From Escherichia phage vB_EcoM-UFV11, in sequence record OP555982.1: a DNA stretch of 64,000 nucleotides; one strand, given 5' to 3'. Positions 39,569-49,350 of this stretch are shown piece after piece. The translations under genes and the position numbers were made by a program. The number at the start of each line of letters is the position of its first letter. Position 1 is the first letter of the stretch. The notes under the pieces are model-generated. The model saw only the letters and a program-made list of their open reading frames with translations, did no database searches and was not told the origin of the DNA.

Positions 39569-39862
39569 TCAGCTGTAACGATAACACTCGTTTGATTTAC
39601 GTTTAGCAACTCGTTGAGAAGTATTATAATCAAAATCATCGTCAATGTAAACTGATTTTTTCAACTTTCTTACTTCACCACGCAGTTGACGATTTAACTC
39701 ATCTTTAACTTCTGAATCAATACCTTTCATTCTACGCCATTTATCTGAGCGAAAAATGTTTTCAACCATATCTTTATGACTTACACCATCAGGAGCTTTA
39801 CGCTTTCCGAAATAGTCATAATCACGTACTTTTAAATCTCTACGACGATACGTTTTACCCAT
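39569..39862 (-). CDS. hypothetical basic protein
   Basis: ATG at 39862 with SD AAGGA; Arg/Lys-rich. Confidence 0.45.
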   Translation of the reverse strand: MGKTYRRRDLKVRDYDYFGKRKAPDGVSHKDMVENIFRSDKWRRMKGIDSEVKDELNRQLRGEVRKLKKSVYIDDDFDYNTSQRVAKRKSNECYRYS

Positions 39863-40171
39863 GGAGTTTAATTTCCTTAGCAACTGAACTAAATACAGCA
39901 CGGTCACAAATCATACGTTTGTTCCATTTAATCACGGTATAATGAACATCTAAATCATCGACTGCTGTGACAATAACGATATGTCCGTTAACACGATAGT
40001 ACTGGTCAATTTTAATCTCTTTATCAACCATATCAATTCCTCAAAGGTAATTCATATGTTAATAATACCACGGTTTGAACTTGTTGTAAACAACTTTGTG
40101 AAAAATATTTTATGGAATGATAAGAAAGGAACGATAGCTTACAATGGTAATATACAGAATGTGAGAAAGAA

Positions 40172-40186
40172 GGGCCCAGAGGGCCC
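40172..40186 (-). terminator. hairpin GGGCCC-UCU-GGGCCC
   Basis: perfect 6-bp GC stem after NrdH-like gene. Confidence 0.4.
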
Positions 40187-40189
40187 GTC

Positions 40190-40513
40190 TTAGTCTTCTA
40201 TGATATCTCTATCATATCCAAGTGAAATGAGAGTTTCTTTGAAGTGTTTAATGTTCTTTTGTCTAGAATCATTAATGAAAATGACAGGATACCGAATATT
40301 AAGAGATGTGAATCCGGCGCGTTTGGCAAGAGATACAATCAGTGGACGATCATACTCAATCTTACCATTATTAGTAAGAACTTTATAGAAAGTAAAAGGA
40401 GCATTGAGCTCCTTTAGAAGTTTTGTAACTGATTGACATCCAGGACAACGACCTACTTCATCTGGAATTCCATAGACTTCAATCTTATTCTTTAAGTTCG
40501 AGTTTTGTTCCAC
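40190..40513 (-). CDS. glutaredoxin/NrdH-like redoxin (CPGC active site)
   Basis: thioredoxin-fold ORF with RCPGCQ; no in-frame ATG after upstream stop; candidate GTG start at 40513 with SD AAGGA; alternative start at 40642. Confidence 0.45.
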   Translation of the reverse strand: MEQNSNLKNKIEVYGIPDEVGRCPGCQSVTKLLKELNAPFTFYKVLTNNGKIEYDRPLIVSLAKRAGFTSLNIRYPVIFINDSRQKNIKHFKETLISLGYDRDIIED

Positions 40514-40796
40514 GAGAAATAATTCCTTGGTAAGCCCAATAAGGAGGATTAACAGAATCCTCACCAGAGTTTTCTTCAGGAAAATAAACCTGGATAACGA
40601 AGCCGGATTCATCAAAGGTGAAATAAGTAGTAGGCAGTTCACCTAACAAATCGGCACGAGCATTAATTTCTTCGAGGTCTTGTTCACGTCCAACCCAGAA
40701 GCTTGGGTTCAGACTACATTCATAGAAATAATAGTCATTACCGAACATATCAAAACCATTCCAACTCTCTACTACATACCGCTCAAAACTAATCAT
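40485..40796 (-). CDS. hypothetical protein
   Basis: 103-aa ORF. Confidence 0.5.
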   Translation of the reverse strand: MISFERYVVESWNGFDMFGNDYYFYECSLNPSFWVGREQDLEEINARADLLGELPTTYFTFDESGFVIQVYFPEENSGEDSVNPPYWAYQGIISRGTKLELKE

Positions 40797-40798
40797 AA

Positions 40799-41014
40799 TT
40801 AAGCCTTTTTATCAAGAACAGCATTCAGCTTGTTAGTAATTTTATCCAGACGCTCATTGAACTCACTAGAAGATAAGCCCTTTTCTGGAGAAATTAAACT
40901 AATAACGAAAAATACAACAATAAAAGGAATAAGGAAAATAGCTCCAACTGCCATAAACAGAAAGAATGTTACAGTTGTAAGAAAATCAGCTAAACCTTTA
41001 CGAAATTTATACAT
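40799..41014 (-). CDS. hypothetical membrane protein
   Basis: 71-aa ORF with one long hydrophobic segment. Confidence 0.5.
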   Translation of the reverse strand: MYKFRKGLADFLTTVTFFLFMAVGAIFLIPFIVVFFVISLISPEKGLSSSEFNERLDKITNKLNAVLDKKA

Positions 41015-41129
41015 ATTTTACCCTTAATTGATTAACCAAGCATTGATAAACACTAAACTATATTGGGAATAAAATTCTGGACCAAAATGAAAAATCATAT
41101 CATTTATAGTATCCATAATGTAATTCAAT

Positions 41130-41600
41130 TTAATCATGTTTCCACACCCCATCGGTATTTGACCAAAGTCGCTGATTATCTGATCCTCGCCACAGCTTTT
41201 TAGTCGGAAGATTTTTCTCATACTTCCCATCAATAATAACATCAACATATTTAAGCATTTCTAGTTGTTTAATATCTTCAAACTTATATCCTGTCCACAA
41301 CCAAATGCTTTTATTAGGATAAAGATTTTTAATAGTTTGAACCACAGAGTGAATCACGTCTCTGTTATCAGGATAGAGAGGGTCACCTCCAGTTATAGTT
41401 AATCCTTCTATATAATCATTATTCAAACATTCAATTAATTGTTCTAGTGTTTCACCAGTGAATGGAACGCCATTTCTAGCATTCCATGTTGATTTATTAT
41501 AACACCCTTCACATTTATGCAAACAACCTGTAACGAAAAGAACGACCCTGCATCCAGGGCCATTCACAAAATCACAGGGATAAAATCTATCGTAATTCAT
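41130..41600 (-). CDS. nrdG: anaerobic ribonucleotide reductase activase NrdG (radical SAM)
   Basis: 156-aa ORF; CxxxCxxC cluster GCLHKCEGC. Confidence 0.9.
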   Translation of the reverse strand: MNYDRFYPCDFVNGPGCRVVLFVTGCLHKCEGCYNKSTWNARNGVPFTGETLEQLIECLNNDYIEGLTITGGDPLYPDNRDVIHSVVQTIKNLYPNKSIWLWTGYKFEDIKQLEMLKYVDVIIDGKYEKNLPTKKLWRGSDNQRLWSNTDGVWKHD

Positions 41601-43414
41601 TGGTGTTTAACCCTATGCATGATTTCTTTATTTTTGCCGAGATTAAATCCGCGTTCGTTCGGATTTCCCAAATAACCACATGTTCTTCTTATTGTGTTCA
41701 TCTTTTTAGGATCAGTTTCTCCACAAATAGAACAAACAAATCCGTTTTCAGTAGGAGTCATTTCATGGGTACTTCCACATGTAAAACATTTATCTACTGG
41801 CATATTAACACCAAAATAATCTAAATGTTGTGCAGCATAATCCCATACGGCCTCAAGACCCTTTAAGTTATTTTTCATATCAGGAAGTTCAACATAAGAA
41901 ATGTGGCCGCCTGTCGCAATGAAATGATATGGTGCTTCGCGAGAAATCTTTTCAAACGGAGTAATATTTTCTTCTACTGAAACATGGAAACTGTTAGTGT
42001 ACCAACCTTTATCGGTAACATCCTTTACACTTCCATATTTTTCGGTATCAAGTTTACAGAAGCGATAACAAAGGTTTTCAGCAGGAGTAGAATACAAACT
42101 AAAAGCAAACCCAGTTCTTTCAGTCCACTGTTTAAGACGAGCATTCATTTTAGTTAAAATTTCCTGTCCAATATCACGACCGACAAGAATATTCAATTCG
42201 TGAATACCAATGTATCCTAGAGACACTGAACTTCTGCCATTTTTAAATAACTCAATTATATCGTCATCAGGTTTAAGACGAACCCCGAATGCACCTTCTT
42301 GATAAAGAATAGGAGCAACAGTCGCTTTAACTCCTTTTAAGGAACTAATTCTACACATCAAAGCTTCAAAACATAAATCCATTCGTTCATTGAATAATTC
42401 AACAAATTTCTGTTCATTGAACTGTGTTCCAATATAAGAATCTAATGCGATACGAGGAAGATTCAGTGTTACAACACCGAGATTATTACGTCCATCAAGA
42501 ATTTCATTGCCAGTCGAATCTTTCCATACGCTCAAGAAACTACGACAACCCATTGGAGAAACAGGAATAGATGAGCCGGTGATAGCTTTATTGTTCTTAG
42601 CCGAAATAATATCAGGATACATTCTTTTGCTTGCGCACTCTAGAGCAAGCTGTTTAATATCATAGTTCGGATCGTCTTTATAAAGATTAACACCTTCTTC
42701 AACGAACATAACAAGCTTAGGGAAAATAGGAGTTATCCCATCACGACCAAGACCTTTAATACGATTTTTCAGAATTGCTTTCTGAATCATTCGTTCAGTC
42801 CAGTCAGTTCCTGTACCAAATGTAATTGTTACAAAAGGTGTTTGTCCGTTTGAGCTAAAGAGAGTATTTACTTCATATTCATAAGCTTGGAATGCATCGT
42901 ATACATCTTTTTCTGTTTTAGATTGAGCATAATTCAACGCATCAGCGATTTGCCATTTTTCTGCATCCTCAATATGTTTTGCATAGGTGCGTTTAACATA
43001 AGGAGAAAGTACTTTATCTACATTAGCAAAAGTCGTTCCGCCGTATTGATGGGAAGCAACCTGTGCAGTAATTTGTGCCATAATTGCAGTAGCAACACCG
43101 ATTGATTTAGGAGTTTCAATCTGTGCATTACCAAGCTTAAATCCGTTCTCAAGCATTCCTTTTAAATCTACTAAACAACAATTAGTAAATGGAAGAGCAG
43201 GGGAATAATCAATATCGTGGAAATGAATAATTCCGCTTTCATGCGCTTTCATAATAAAAGACGGGACCATATTTTTGGCAATGTGTTTAGACACAATACC
43301 AGCCATAAGGTCCCGTTGAGTTGGAAAAACACGAGAATCTTTATTAGCATTCTCGTTTAAAAGGTCTTTATTAGTTTTATGAATCAATCCTTCAATTTCT
43401 TTTTCAATTGTCAT
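41597..43414 (-). CDS. nrdD: anaerobic ribonucleotide reductase NrdD (605 aa), uninterrupted
   Basis: single 605-aa ORF; C-terminal zinc ribbon and glycyl-radical region RRTCGYLG. Confidence 0.95.
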   Translation of the reverse strand: MTIEKEIEGLIHKTNKDLLNENANKDSRVFPTQRDLMAGIVSKHIAKNMVPSFIMKAHESGIIHFHDIDYSPALPFTNCCLVDLKGMLENGFKLGNAQIETPKSIGVATAIMAQITAQVASHQYGGTTFANVDKVLSPYVKRTYAKHIEDAEKWQIADALNYAQSKTEKDVYDAFQAYEYEVNTLFSSNGQTPFVTITFGTGTDWTERMIQKAILKNRIKGLGRDGITPIFPKLVMFVEEGVNLYKDDPNYDIKQLALECASKRMYPDIISAKNNKAITGSSIPVSPMGCRSFLSVWKDSTGNEILDGRNNLGVVTLNLPRIALDSYIGTQFNEQKFVELFNERMDLCFEALMCRISSLKGVKATVAPILYQEGAFGVRLKPDDDIIELFKNGRSSVSLGYIGIHELNILVGRDIGQEILTKMNARLKQWTERTGFAFSLYSTPAENLCYRFCKLDTEKYGSVKDVTDKGWYTNSFHVSVEENITPFEKISREAPYHFIATGGHISYVELPDMKNNLKGLEAVWDYAAQHLDYFGVNMPVDKCFTCGSTHEMTPTENGFVCSICGETDPKKMNTIRRTCGYLGNPNERGFNLGKNKEIMHRVKHQ

Positions 43415-43884
43415 TTTAAACTCTTTCTAAGCTGCTTCTTAAATGAAGCTATTAATTGTGTTTTAGTGTCAGATTCATTATATTCAAATCCTCTTTGAAG
43501 CATCTCGGCCATCATTTCCTCTTTTCCCAAACGAGAAAATTCCTTTGATTTATCTCCAACAAAGTTAGGGTGAATATTATTTTGGGTGTAATCGGATTTT
43601 AAATAAGTAAGTAAATTTTCTAACCATTCAAGATAATCAACACCTTGTCCCTTTAAGCCAGAACGATTAAATTTATGCTTCATTTGACCTTCTGCGGCAT
43701 TACAGAGATTACAAAGCAATCCACGCACCTTTCCTGCTTTCGGTCCATTTAATTCATGGTCATGGTCGAGGTGATTAGCTTGAACATCAGGATTTAGTTC
43801 TCGTTGGCAAATTAAACATTTACCATTTTGTGCATCATAAAATTTCTGTTTTTCTTCTTTGTATAATTTGCCAGTCAATAACAT
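43411..43884 (-). CDS. 49: endonuclease VII gp49 (157 aa)
   Basis: 157-aa ORF MLLTGKLYKEEKQKFYDAQNGKCLICQRELNP. Confidence 0.93.
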   Translation of the reverse strand: MLLTGKLYKEEKQKFYDAQNGKCLICQRELNPDVQANHLDHDHELNGPKAGKVRGLLCNLCNAAEGQMKHKFNRSGLKGQGVDYLEWLENLLTYLKSDYTQNNIHPNFVGDKSKEFSRLGKEEMMAEMLQRGFEYNESDTKTQLIASFKKQLRKSLK

Positions 43885-43925
43885 AATAAACCCTTACCTT
43901 AAATAGATAAGGGTATTTATTATTT

Positions 43926-44102
43926 TCAAGTATTGTAAAAGGCTCGATGCAATCGCTTATACTGCCGAATCATCTTTTTAGTAGGACGAGAATAAGTTCC
44001 TACACAAGTGGTCATATTAGGGTCGGTAGGACTTCCTTTAATAAAAAGTTTCCAAACCTTACCACCATTTAACTTTTCAGTATAAATCAATTCAGTTTTC
44101 AT
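43926..44102 (-). CDS. hypothetical small protein
   Basis: 58-aa ORF; ATG overlaps upstream stop (TAATG). Confidence 0.35.
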   Translation of the reverse strand: MKTELIYTEKLNGGKVWKLFIKGSPTDPNMTTCVGTYSRPTKKMIRQYKRLHRAFYNT

Positions 44103-44566
44103 TAAAACGCTCGGTCAGAAAAAGATTTTTGGGTTTCAAGCCATTCAATATATTCTGCCGCAGCTTGCATCAAATTTCCTTCATAGCCATCGTTATTTTC
44201 TTGTGCAGCTAATTTAGCCAATGCGTATGAAATACGTTCACCTTGAAAATCAGCTTTAGGCTTCTGGACAACTTGATTAGTTCGCTCTACAACTTCTTCA
44301 ATTTCGCCATTTTCGACTGATTCAGTATTCCACAAGCACCAATACGTAATTGGCTTATCGTAGATGTTAATAATCTTTCCATCAGAAAGTTCAATTTCAA
44401 TAATTCCAGTGTCAGGCTCTATATCATCTTCACATTCTTTTGCAAGTTCACGAACTTTAAAGACAGTACCTGCACTAAGTTCCGGCCAGTAATTACATAG
44501 CCCTGTATCAGCACGATTAATTCTAAACCACTTATCTACTGTAATCATGTCCCATCTCCATATCAA
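44102..44566 (-). CDS. hypothetical protein (Pin-like position)
   Basis: 154-aa ORF between nrdC-side genes and 49. Confidence 0.5.
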   Translation of the reverse strand: MIWRWDMITVDKWFRINRADTGLCNYWPELSAGTVFKVRELAKECEDDIEPDTGIIEIELSDGKIINIYDKPITYWCLWNTESVENGEIEEVVERTNQVVQKPKADFQGERISYALAKLAAQENNDGYEGNLMQAAAEYIEWLETQKSFSDRAF

Positions 44567-44671
44567 TTAAGTCATTTATCGTTGGTTCATTATATACTGT
44601 TTCTTCATCAGTGTAAACCGGTTCTTCCGGCTCTGGCTCTACAGTTTCCCATCTAGCCGCCCACCAAGGTT

Positions 44672-44992
44672 TTATAGCGTAATCCATTCTCGTACTATCT
44701 GAGTTACTACACGTTCACGGGGCTCGACTAGTTCAACAGTCGGAACTGCATAATACCAGTCAGAATGATAGGAACCTGACCGAGATTCATTTACAGCCAC
44801 ATGTACATTATGTTTTGGACTAAAGTAAACACACTGACGATATTGGCATTTACCATCTTGCACCCAGTCTTCTATTTCGATAGGTTTAAGATAATCGGAA
44901 AAATCGAAATCATAGTTTTCCGAAAATGCATCATGGTCTTCAATGATTTCGCTCAGAACTGCATCAACATCTAATTTATTTTCAATAGTCAT
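44672..44992 (-). CDS. hypothetical protein
   Basis: 106-aa ORF. Confidence 0.5.
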   Translation of the reverse strand: MTIENKLDVDAVLSEIIEDHDAFSENYDFDFSDYLKPIEIEDWVQDGKCQYRQCVYFSPKHNVHVAVNESRSGSYHSDWYYAVPTVELVEPRERVVTQIVREWITL

Positions 44993-45175
44993 TTTTCACC
45001 AATTAATTTCGCAATTTATTAAGTTCTTCATCATCAATCCAGGATTCTAATCCTGATGGCAGGGCACATTCAATTTCCCAAAGAAGTTCTTCAATTTTCT
45101 GAAGACGATCTAGTTCTTCGGCTGGAATAGTAACCATTGACGGAGCTCGTGATACATTAATATCGTAAATCATAT

Positions 45176-45391
45176 TTACCCCAATTTAACCATACAATCG
45201 CCGTATTTCCACTTAGAAATAGACTTTTCACCATTAGAATAATAAACTTCGAGTTTAGCACGATTATTTTTAATTTGAATAACCTTTGCTGTCATCAAAG
45301 TTCCATACCCATAATAAACTGCAACTTCATCACCTACATATACCGCGCTTCCGCGGTAATCATGGATATAATCAGTTCCTTCGAGAATCAT
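45176..45391 (-). CDS. hypothetical protein
   Basis: 71-aa ORF. Confidence 0.5.
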   Translation of the reverse strand: MILEGTDYIHDYRGSAVYVGDEVAVYYGYGTLMTAKVIQIKNNRAKLEVYYSNGEKSISKWKYGDCMVKLG

Positions 45392-45651
45392 TTAAAGTAT
45401 TCTCGCAGTTGGTCAAATCCACCAATATGACTTCCATCAGGAGCAAATACCTGAGGCATTGTCAAGCCGATTTGAGTATCACGACTTAGTTTAGTCAGAA
45501 GCTCAGCGATTTTCTCATCATCAAAAACACCTTTTTCCGGCATAATGTTGATAAATTCAAACGGCTGTTTCTTCACGGTCAAAAGACGTTTTGCATTATC
45601 ACAATACACACATTTATGGATGTTGCTATCATAACCATATAATTTAAACAT
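45388..45651 (-). CDS. nrdC: thioredoxin/glutaredoxin NrdC (87 aa)
   Basis: 87-aa ORF with CVYC active site; matches recalled T4 thioredoxin. Confidence 0.9.
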   Translation of the reverse strand: MFKLYGYDSNIHKCVYCDNAKRLLTVKKQPFEFINIMPEKGVFDDEKIAELLTKLSRDTQIGLTMPQVFAPDGSHIGGFDQLREYFK

Positions 45652-45652
45652 A

Positions 45653-45895
45653 TTATTCCTTAATTCCTAGTACTTGTTTAAAAGTCTCGTCGTAATCAAG
45701 ACTTTGGCCCGTTTGTTCTTTATGTTTGTATATAATATCACTTACTTCTGATAGCATATTTTTATATGAACGAGTTAAAGCAGATTTAAGCACGCTGTAT
45801 CTATCAGGAAATTTACCGTGTTCATTATAATAAGCTATTGCTAATTCACGGACTGCCTTTTCAGCAGCCTCCATATATTCTTTACGCTTGGTCAT
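45653..45895 (-). CDS. hypothetical protein
   Basis: ATG at 45895 ([13 protein letters not shown]). Confidence 0.5.
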   Translation of the reverse strand: MTKRKEYMEAAEKAVRELAIAYYNEHGKFPDRYSVLKSALTRSYKNMLSEVSDIIYKHKEQTGQSLDYDETFKQVLGIKE

Positions 45896-45896
45896 T

Positions 45897-46286
45897 TTAA
45901 TCCAAAATATTATTAGGCATTGGTTGAACACTCACAAGTTCTTTAAAGAACTCAGTAGAGTCAGGCAATTTAACCATTTCCGGAGCATGCTTACTGAATT
46001 TATGTTTACATTGACGGCATTTATATTCAAGCTCTGGTTTACGCCAGTTAATCAATTGAACTTGTTCAGTACCGCATTCAGGGCAATTAGGAACGTTTTT
46101 AGAAGCTCTTTCACGTCGTTCAACCATAGCCATAATAGCATCCCATGCTGGAGGTTTAAAATCTAAATCGTCGCAGCCGTGAATCTTTCCACGCATTTCC
46201 ATATCATCTTCCTCACCAGCCATAATAATTTTAATTAGACTAGAATTACTTGAAGCTGCAATGTCTTCTAATAAACGCTTTTTCAT
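45897..46286 (-). CDS. hypothetical zinc-ribbon protein
   Basis: 129-aa ORF with CPECG...CRQCKHKF. Confidence 0.5.
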   Translation of the reverse strand: MKKRLLEDIAASSNSSLIKIIMAGEEDDMEMRGKIHGCDDLDFKPPAWDAIMAMVERRERASKNVPNCPECGTEQVQLINWRKPELEYKCRQCKHKFSKHAPEMVKLPDSTEFFKELVSVQPMPNNILD

Positions 46287-47209
46287 TTCAATACCTCAAT
46301 AGCATTACGTAAACCATTTGCTTTTGCGTTAAGAGATTTTAACAATTTGGTGTGTTCTGCAATTTGGGCTTCAACTTCAATCAAACGGGCATTGAGATAT
46401 TCGCGTTCTTCTTTCATAGTATCATTCCCATGATTGGGTTTTGGTGCAGATTTAAATTCACTAGGGTCCTTTAACTTAATAACAAATTTAGTTTCAAACA
46501 GTGAAAGACCATAATTCGTATTATCATCAAAGGATTTAACTACATCCATATTAGATAATAACTCATGCAAATTATAAGACAAAGAACTAATAGTTTCATT
46601 GTGTTTATTAGCTTCGCGTGGTTTCATATACGGAAGATTTTTATATATCTCATGCGGAGCACAAATGATAATTGACAATTCAAATTGTCCATTCTGGGAC
46701 GATGGAGTGAATTTAGCCGTAACCCAGTCTTTTACATTCACATTAATAGTACGGTTATCACCATGACAAAACAATCTACGAGAATGCTTAAAAAGCATAT
46801 TCACGTTATTATTGAATTCGTGTGAAAATTCACTGGCAAATTTTTCTTTACTATCTTTAGAAAACCATTCTTCTAAATAAGTTCTTTTCACGTCGTTAAT
46901 AATATTAAATGTAACAACATTAGCATTTGATACATTAGTCTCAATGTAGCTTGGATACATAAATTTTTTAACATTATTAACAGCTATCACAGAAGATAGT
47001 AATCGGGAACGTTTGAACCACTCGAGCAAAGAACCAAGAGAATGTGAATACGCGTTTTGCGTATCTTTACAAATATGGTTTTCCCATCCAATATAGTCTA
47101 AAAAATCACGAAGAATATTATTGATTACTGCTCTGTGTCCTATCTGATAATTACGATGTTTAGTAATAAGACTGTCAAAATAATCAATATAATGTTTACG
47201 AGTTTTCAT
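46283..47209 (-). CDS. hypothetical protein, C-terminal coiled coil (tandem set 1 of 4)
   Basis: 308-aa ORF ending in heptad-rich tail. Confidence 0.55.
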   Translation of the reverse strand: MKTRKHYIDYFDSLITKHRNYQIGHRAVINNILRDFLDYIGWENHICKDTQNAYSHSLGSLLEWFKRSRLLSSVIAVNNVKKFMYPSYIETNVSNANVVTFNIINDVKRTYLEEWFSKDSKEKFASEFSHEFNNNVNMLFKHSRRLFCHGDNRTINVNVKDWVTAKFTPSSQNGQFELSIIICAPHEIYKNLPYMKPREANKHNETISSLSYNLHELLSNMDVVKSFDDNTNYGLSLFETKFVIKLKDPSEFKSAPKPNHGNDTMKEEREYLNARLIEVEAQIAEHTKLLKSLNAKANGLRNAIEVLK

Positions 47210-47263
47210 GTTCTTCTCACTTGGTTAATGATTTATACTCCGAGCCATCCTTGGCTTTAAATT

Positions 47264-48265
47264 TTACTTAATTAACTGTAAAGCTTGTTCAAGACGATCA
47301 AGACGATTAACGGATTCTTCCCAAATCTTTTTAGCCTTCTCATATTCTTTCTGTGCTTTATTAGAAATTTCTAGAGCTCCTTTATAAGCTTTTTCTAATG
47401 CAATAATTTCTGGACGAATTTCTACCGGTTCAGGCGAATCATCAAGATTATCCATTAGTTCCTCAAGGGTAGTTTCTTCTTTAGGGGTATTCACAATTTC
47501 TTCGCATTTTTGTTGGTAAATTTCTTTATCAGTCGGTGAATACGCACATTTCACTTCACGAAGACTAACTACAATTTTGTATCCTTCCCAACCACACATA
47601 TTCTTAAAAGGATATGTATGAATATTTTCTACTGTTTCCATACAAAGTAATGCAGTCTCTAACTGACGAGTTATAGTGCTAGCAATTGAGAAAAATTTAT
47701 TAATATTCTTTTGGTTAGCGTTTGGTGTAAAAAATCCATAATTCACAAAAATAGCTACTTTATTTTCGTCAAGCTCATATTCTTTTACGATAATCATATC
47801 AGAAGCCAAAGGATGAATTTGACGATAATCGCCATAACATAATTTAGAAGCTGATTTTAGAATTTGTCCTTTGAAAAGTCTGAAATTACTAATCCAACGA
47901 CGAGTAAAAATATTCTCAGGGTCTTCTTTATTATTAAGATGATAAGAATTAACATCACCGAACCAATTGTATCCTACTACATTTTTAGTTCGTTTAATTT
48001 CTTTCCCAAATTTACCAAGAATATCTCTGTTAACTAAATATGAAAGAAGACGAGACCCTTTAAAGGTTTCCTTAATATCATCTTTATCTGCACGACTAGA
48101 AATTTTATGAACTTCATGAATAAATTTGCTGGAAGAAACAATGCTTGCATCAGTATTATTGAGCCATTGATTGATAATAGAAATAACACTATTCTGACTA
48201 GACATAGGTTTAACTTTATCATCAATAACGCTATTGAATGATTTGATATATTCGTTGCGAGTCAT
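47264..48265 (-). CDS. hypothetical protein, C-terminal coiled coil (set 2 of 4)
   Basis: ATG at 48265 with SD GAGGAG; the ATG at 48295 lies within the promoter -10 box. Confidence 0.55.
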   Translation of the reverse strand: MTRNEYIKSFNSVIDDKVKPMSSQNSVISIINQWLNNTDASIVSSSKFIHEVHKISSRADKDDIKETFKGSRLLSYLVNRDILGKFGKEIKRTKNVVGYNWFGDVNSYHLNNKEDPENIFTRRWISNFRLFKGQILKSASKLCYGDYRQIHPLASDMIIVKEYELDENKVAIFVNYGFFTPNANQKNINKFFSIASTITRQLETALLCMETVENIHTYPFKNMCGWEGYKIVVSLREVKCAYSPTDKEIYQQKCEEIVNTPKEETTLEELMDNLDDSPEPVEIRPEIIALEKAYKGALEISNKAQKEYEKAKKIWEESVNRLDRLEQALQLIK

Positions 48266-48293
48266 ATTAATCTCCTCAGTAGAAAGTAAGAAC

Positions 48294-48323
48294 ATTATAC
48301 CACATCCTTGTGGCGAAGTAAAC
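48294..48323 (-). promoter_or_regulatory. T4-type early promoter
   Basis: minus strand GTTTACTTCGCCACAAGGATGTGGTATAAT, near-identical to the promoter at 2428-2458. Confidence 0.6.
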
Positions 48324-49342
48324 TAGTTTAGTGCATTTAGTGCATTGTTCAATTTAGAACGTTGCTTTGTCAGATTTTGAACCCTTGACTGAGCTTGTTC
48401 TAACACCTTTTCAGCTTCTAGCACTTCATTGGTCGCTTTAATGAGTTCAGCATCTACTGCCTTAAGAGACTTCTCAATCGCGTCAGCGTGCCATTTTTCT
48501 ACAGGTTTAAAATTTGAATTTTCAGTAGGAAGAAAATTCACTTTATTAAATTTCCATGCATCTTTATTACCTGAGCTATACATCCAAAATTTAGGATCGT
48601 TTGATGAGCAATTAGATAAATTTAAGTTATCTTGTACTTCCTGCTTTTTCTCTTGCGGGACTTCATCCTTTCTCAAAAAATCGTATTTAAATGAAACGAT
48701 CATATCAAGTTCATACGTTGTTGTATGTTCCCAATTTCGCTCAAAATGAGGTAAAATCTTAGACTGAACAGCGGCAACAACATCCATATACTTAAATGCT
48801 TCTGTCAACTGTGATTTAAGGCATTCACAAATTGAAAGAGAATTTTTTGTATTAGGCTTAAAGCTAATTCGTGCAGTTCTATTATTTTCTTTTAACGGTC
48901 TTACTTCCATCTGAAGAGTATAACCATCAAATTTCAGGTTCTTTAAGTTAATGTCAGAACCTTTTAATCGACTAGCAGTAGACAAAATTTGCTTTAATTG
49001 TTTACGGAATAAAGCAATAAATCTCCATTCAAGACGATAATGATTTGGATTAAAAAATCCTGTTGATAAATCAACCTTACTCTGACCAACGCCTTGAACA
49101 AATAGAGGATTTTTATAATCAATAGTTTTACAGAAATCGGTGAGCTGCTCACGAGCAGTCATTTGTGTAATATATCCCGCTTTACTAAAATGACGTAACC
49201 ATTCACTGCTATTCATATACTTAAAGTGAATGGAACTATTAACTCTATCAGGGTCTAAATTATTTTGGCACAAAAATGTCATAACATTACGGGTATAGCT
49301 AGCATTACGAACCATATCTTCAATTTGAGAACGAGTTTTCAT
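48323..49342 (-). CDS. hypothetical protein, C-terminal coiled coil (set 3 of 4)
   Basis: 339-aa ORF. Confidence 0.55.
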   Translation of the reverse strand: MKTRSQIEDMVRNASYTRNVMTFLCQNNLDPDRVNSSIHFKYMNSSEWLRHFSKAGYITQMTAREQLTDFCKTIDYKNPLFVQGVGQSKVDLSTGFFNPNHYRLEWRFIALFRKQLKQILSTASRLKGSDINLKNLKFDGYTLQMEVRPLKENNRTARISFKPNTKNSLSICECLKSQLTEAFKYMDVVAAVQSKILPHFERNWEHTTTYELDMIVSFKYDFLRKDEVPQEKKQEVQDNLNLSNCSSNDPKFWMYSSGNKDAWKFNKVNFLPTENSNFKPVEKWHADAIEKSLKAVDAELIKATNEVLEAEKVLEQAQSRVQNLTKQRSKLNNALNALN

Positions 49343-49350
49343 AGTGTTCC

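Noticed and set aside
41024-41248. 74-aa ORF overlapping the 3' end of nrdG
   Set aside because: Overlaps nrdG by 119 nt in another frame; any real product would be under 40 aa with no clear RBS
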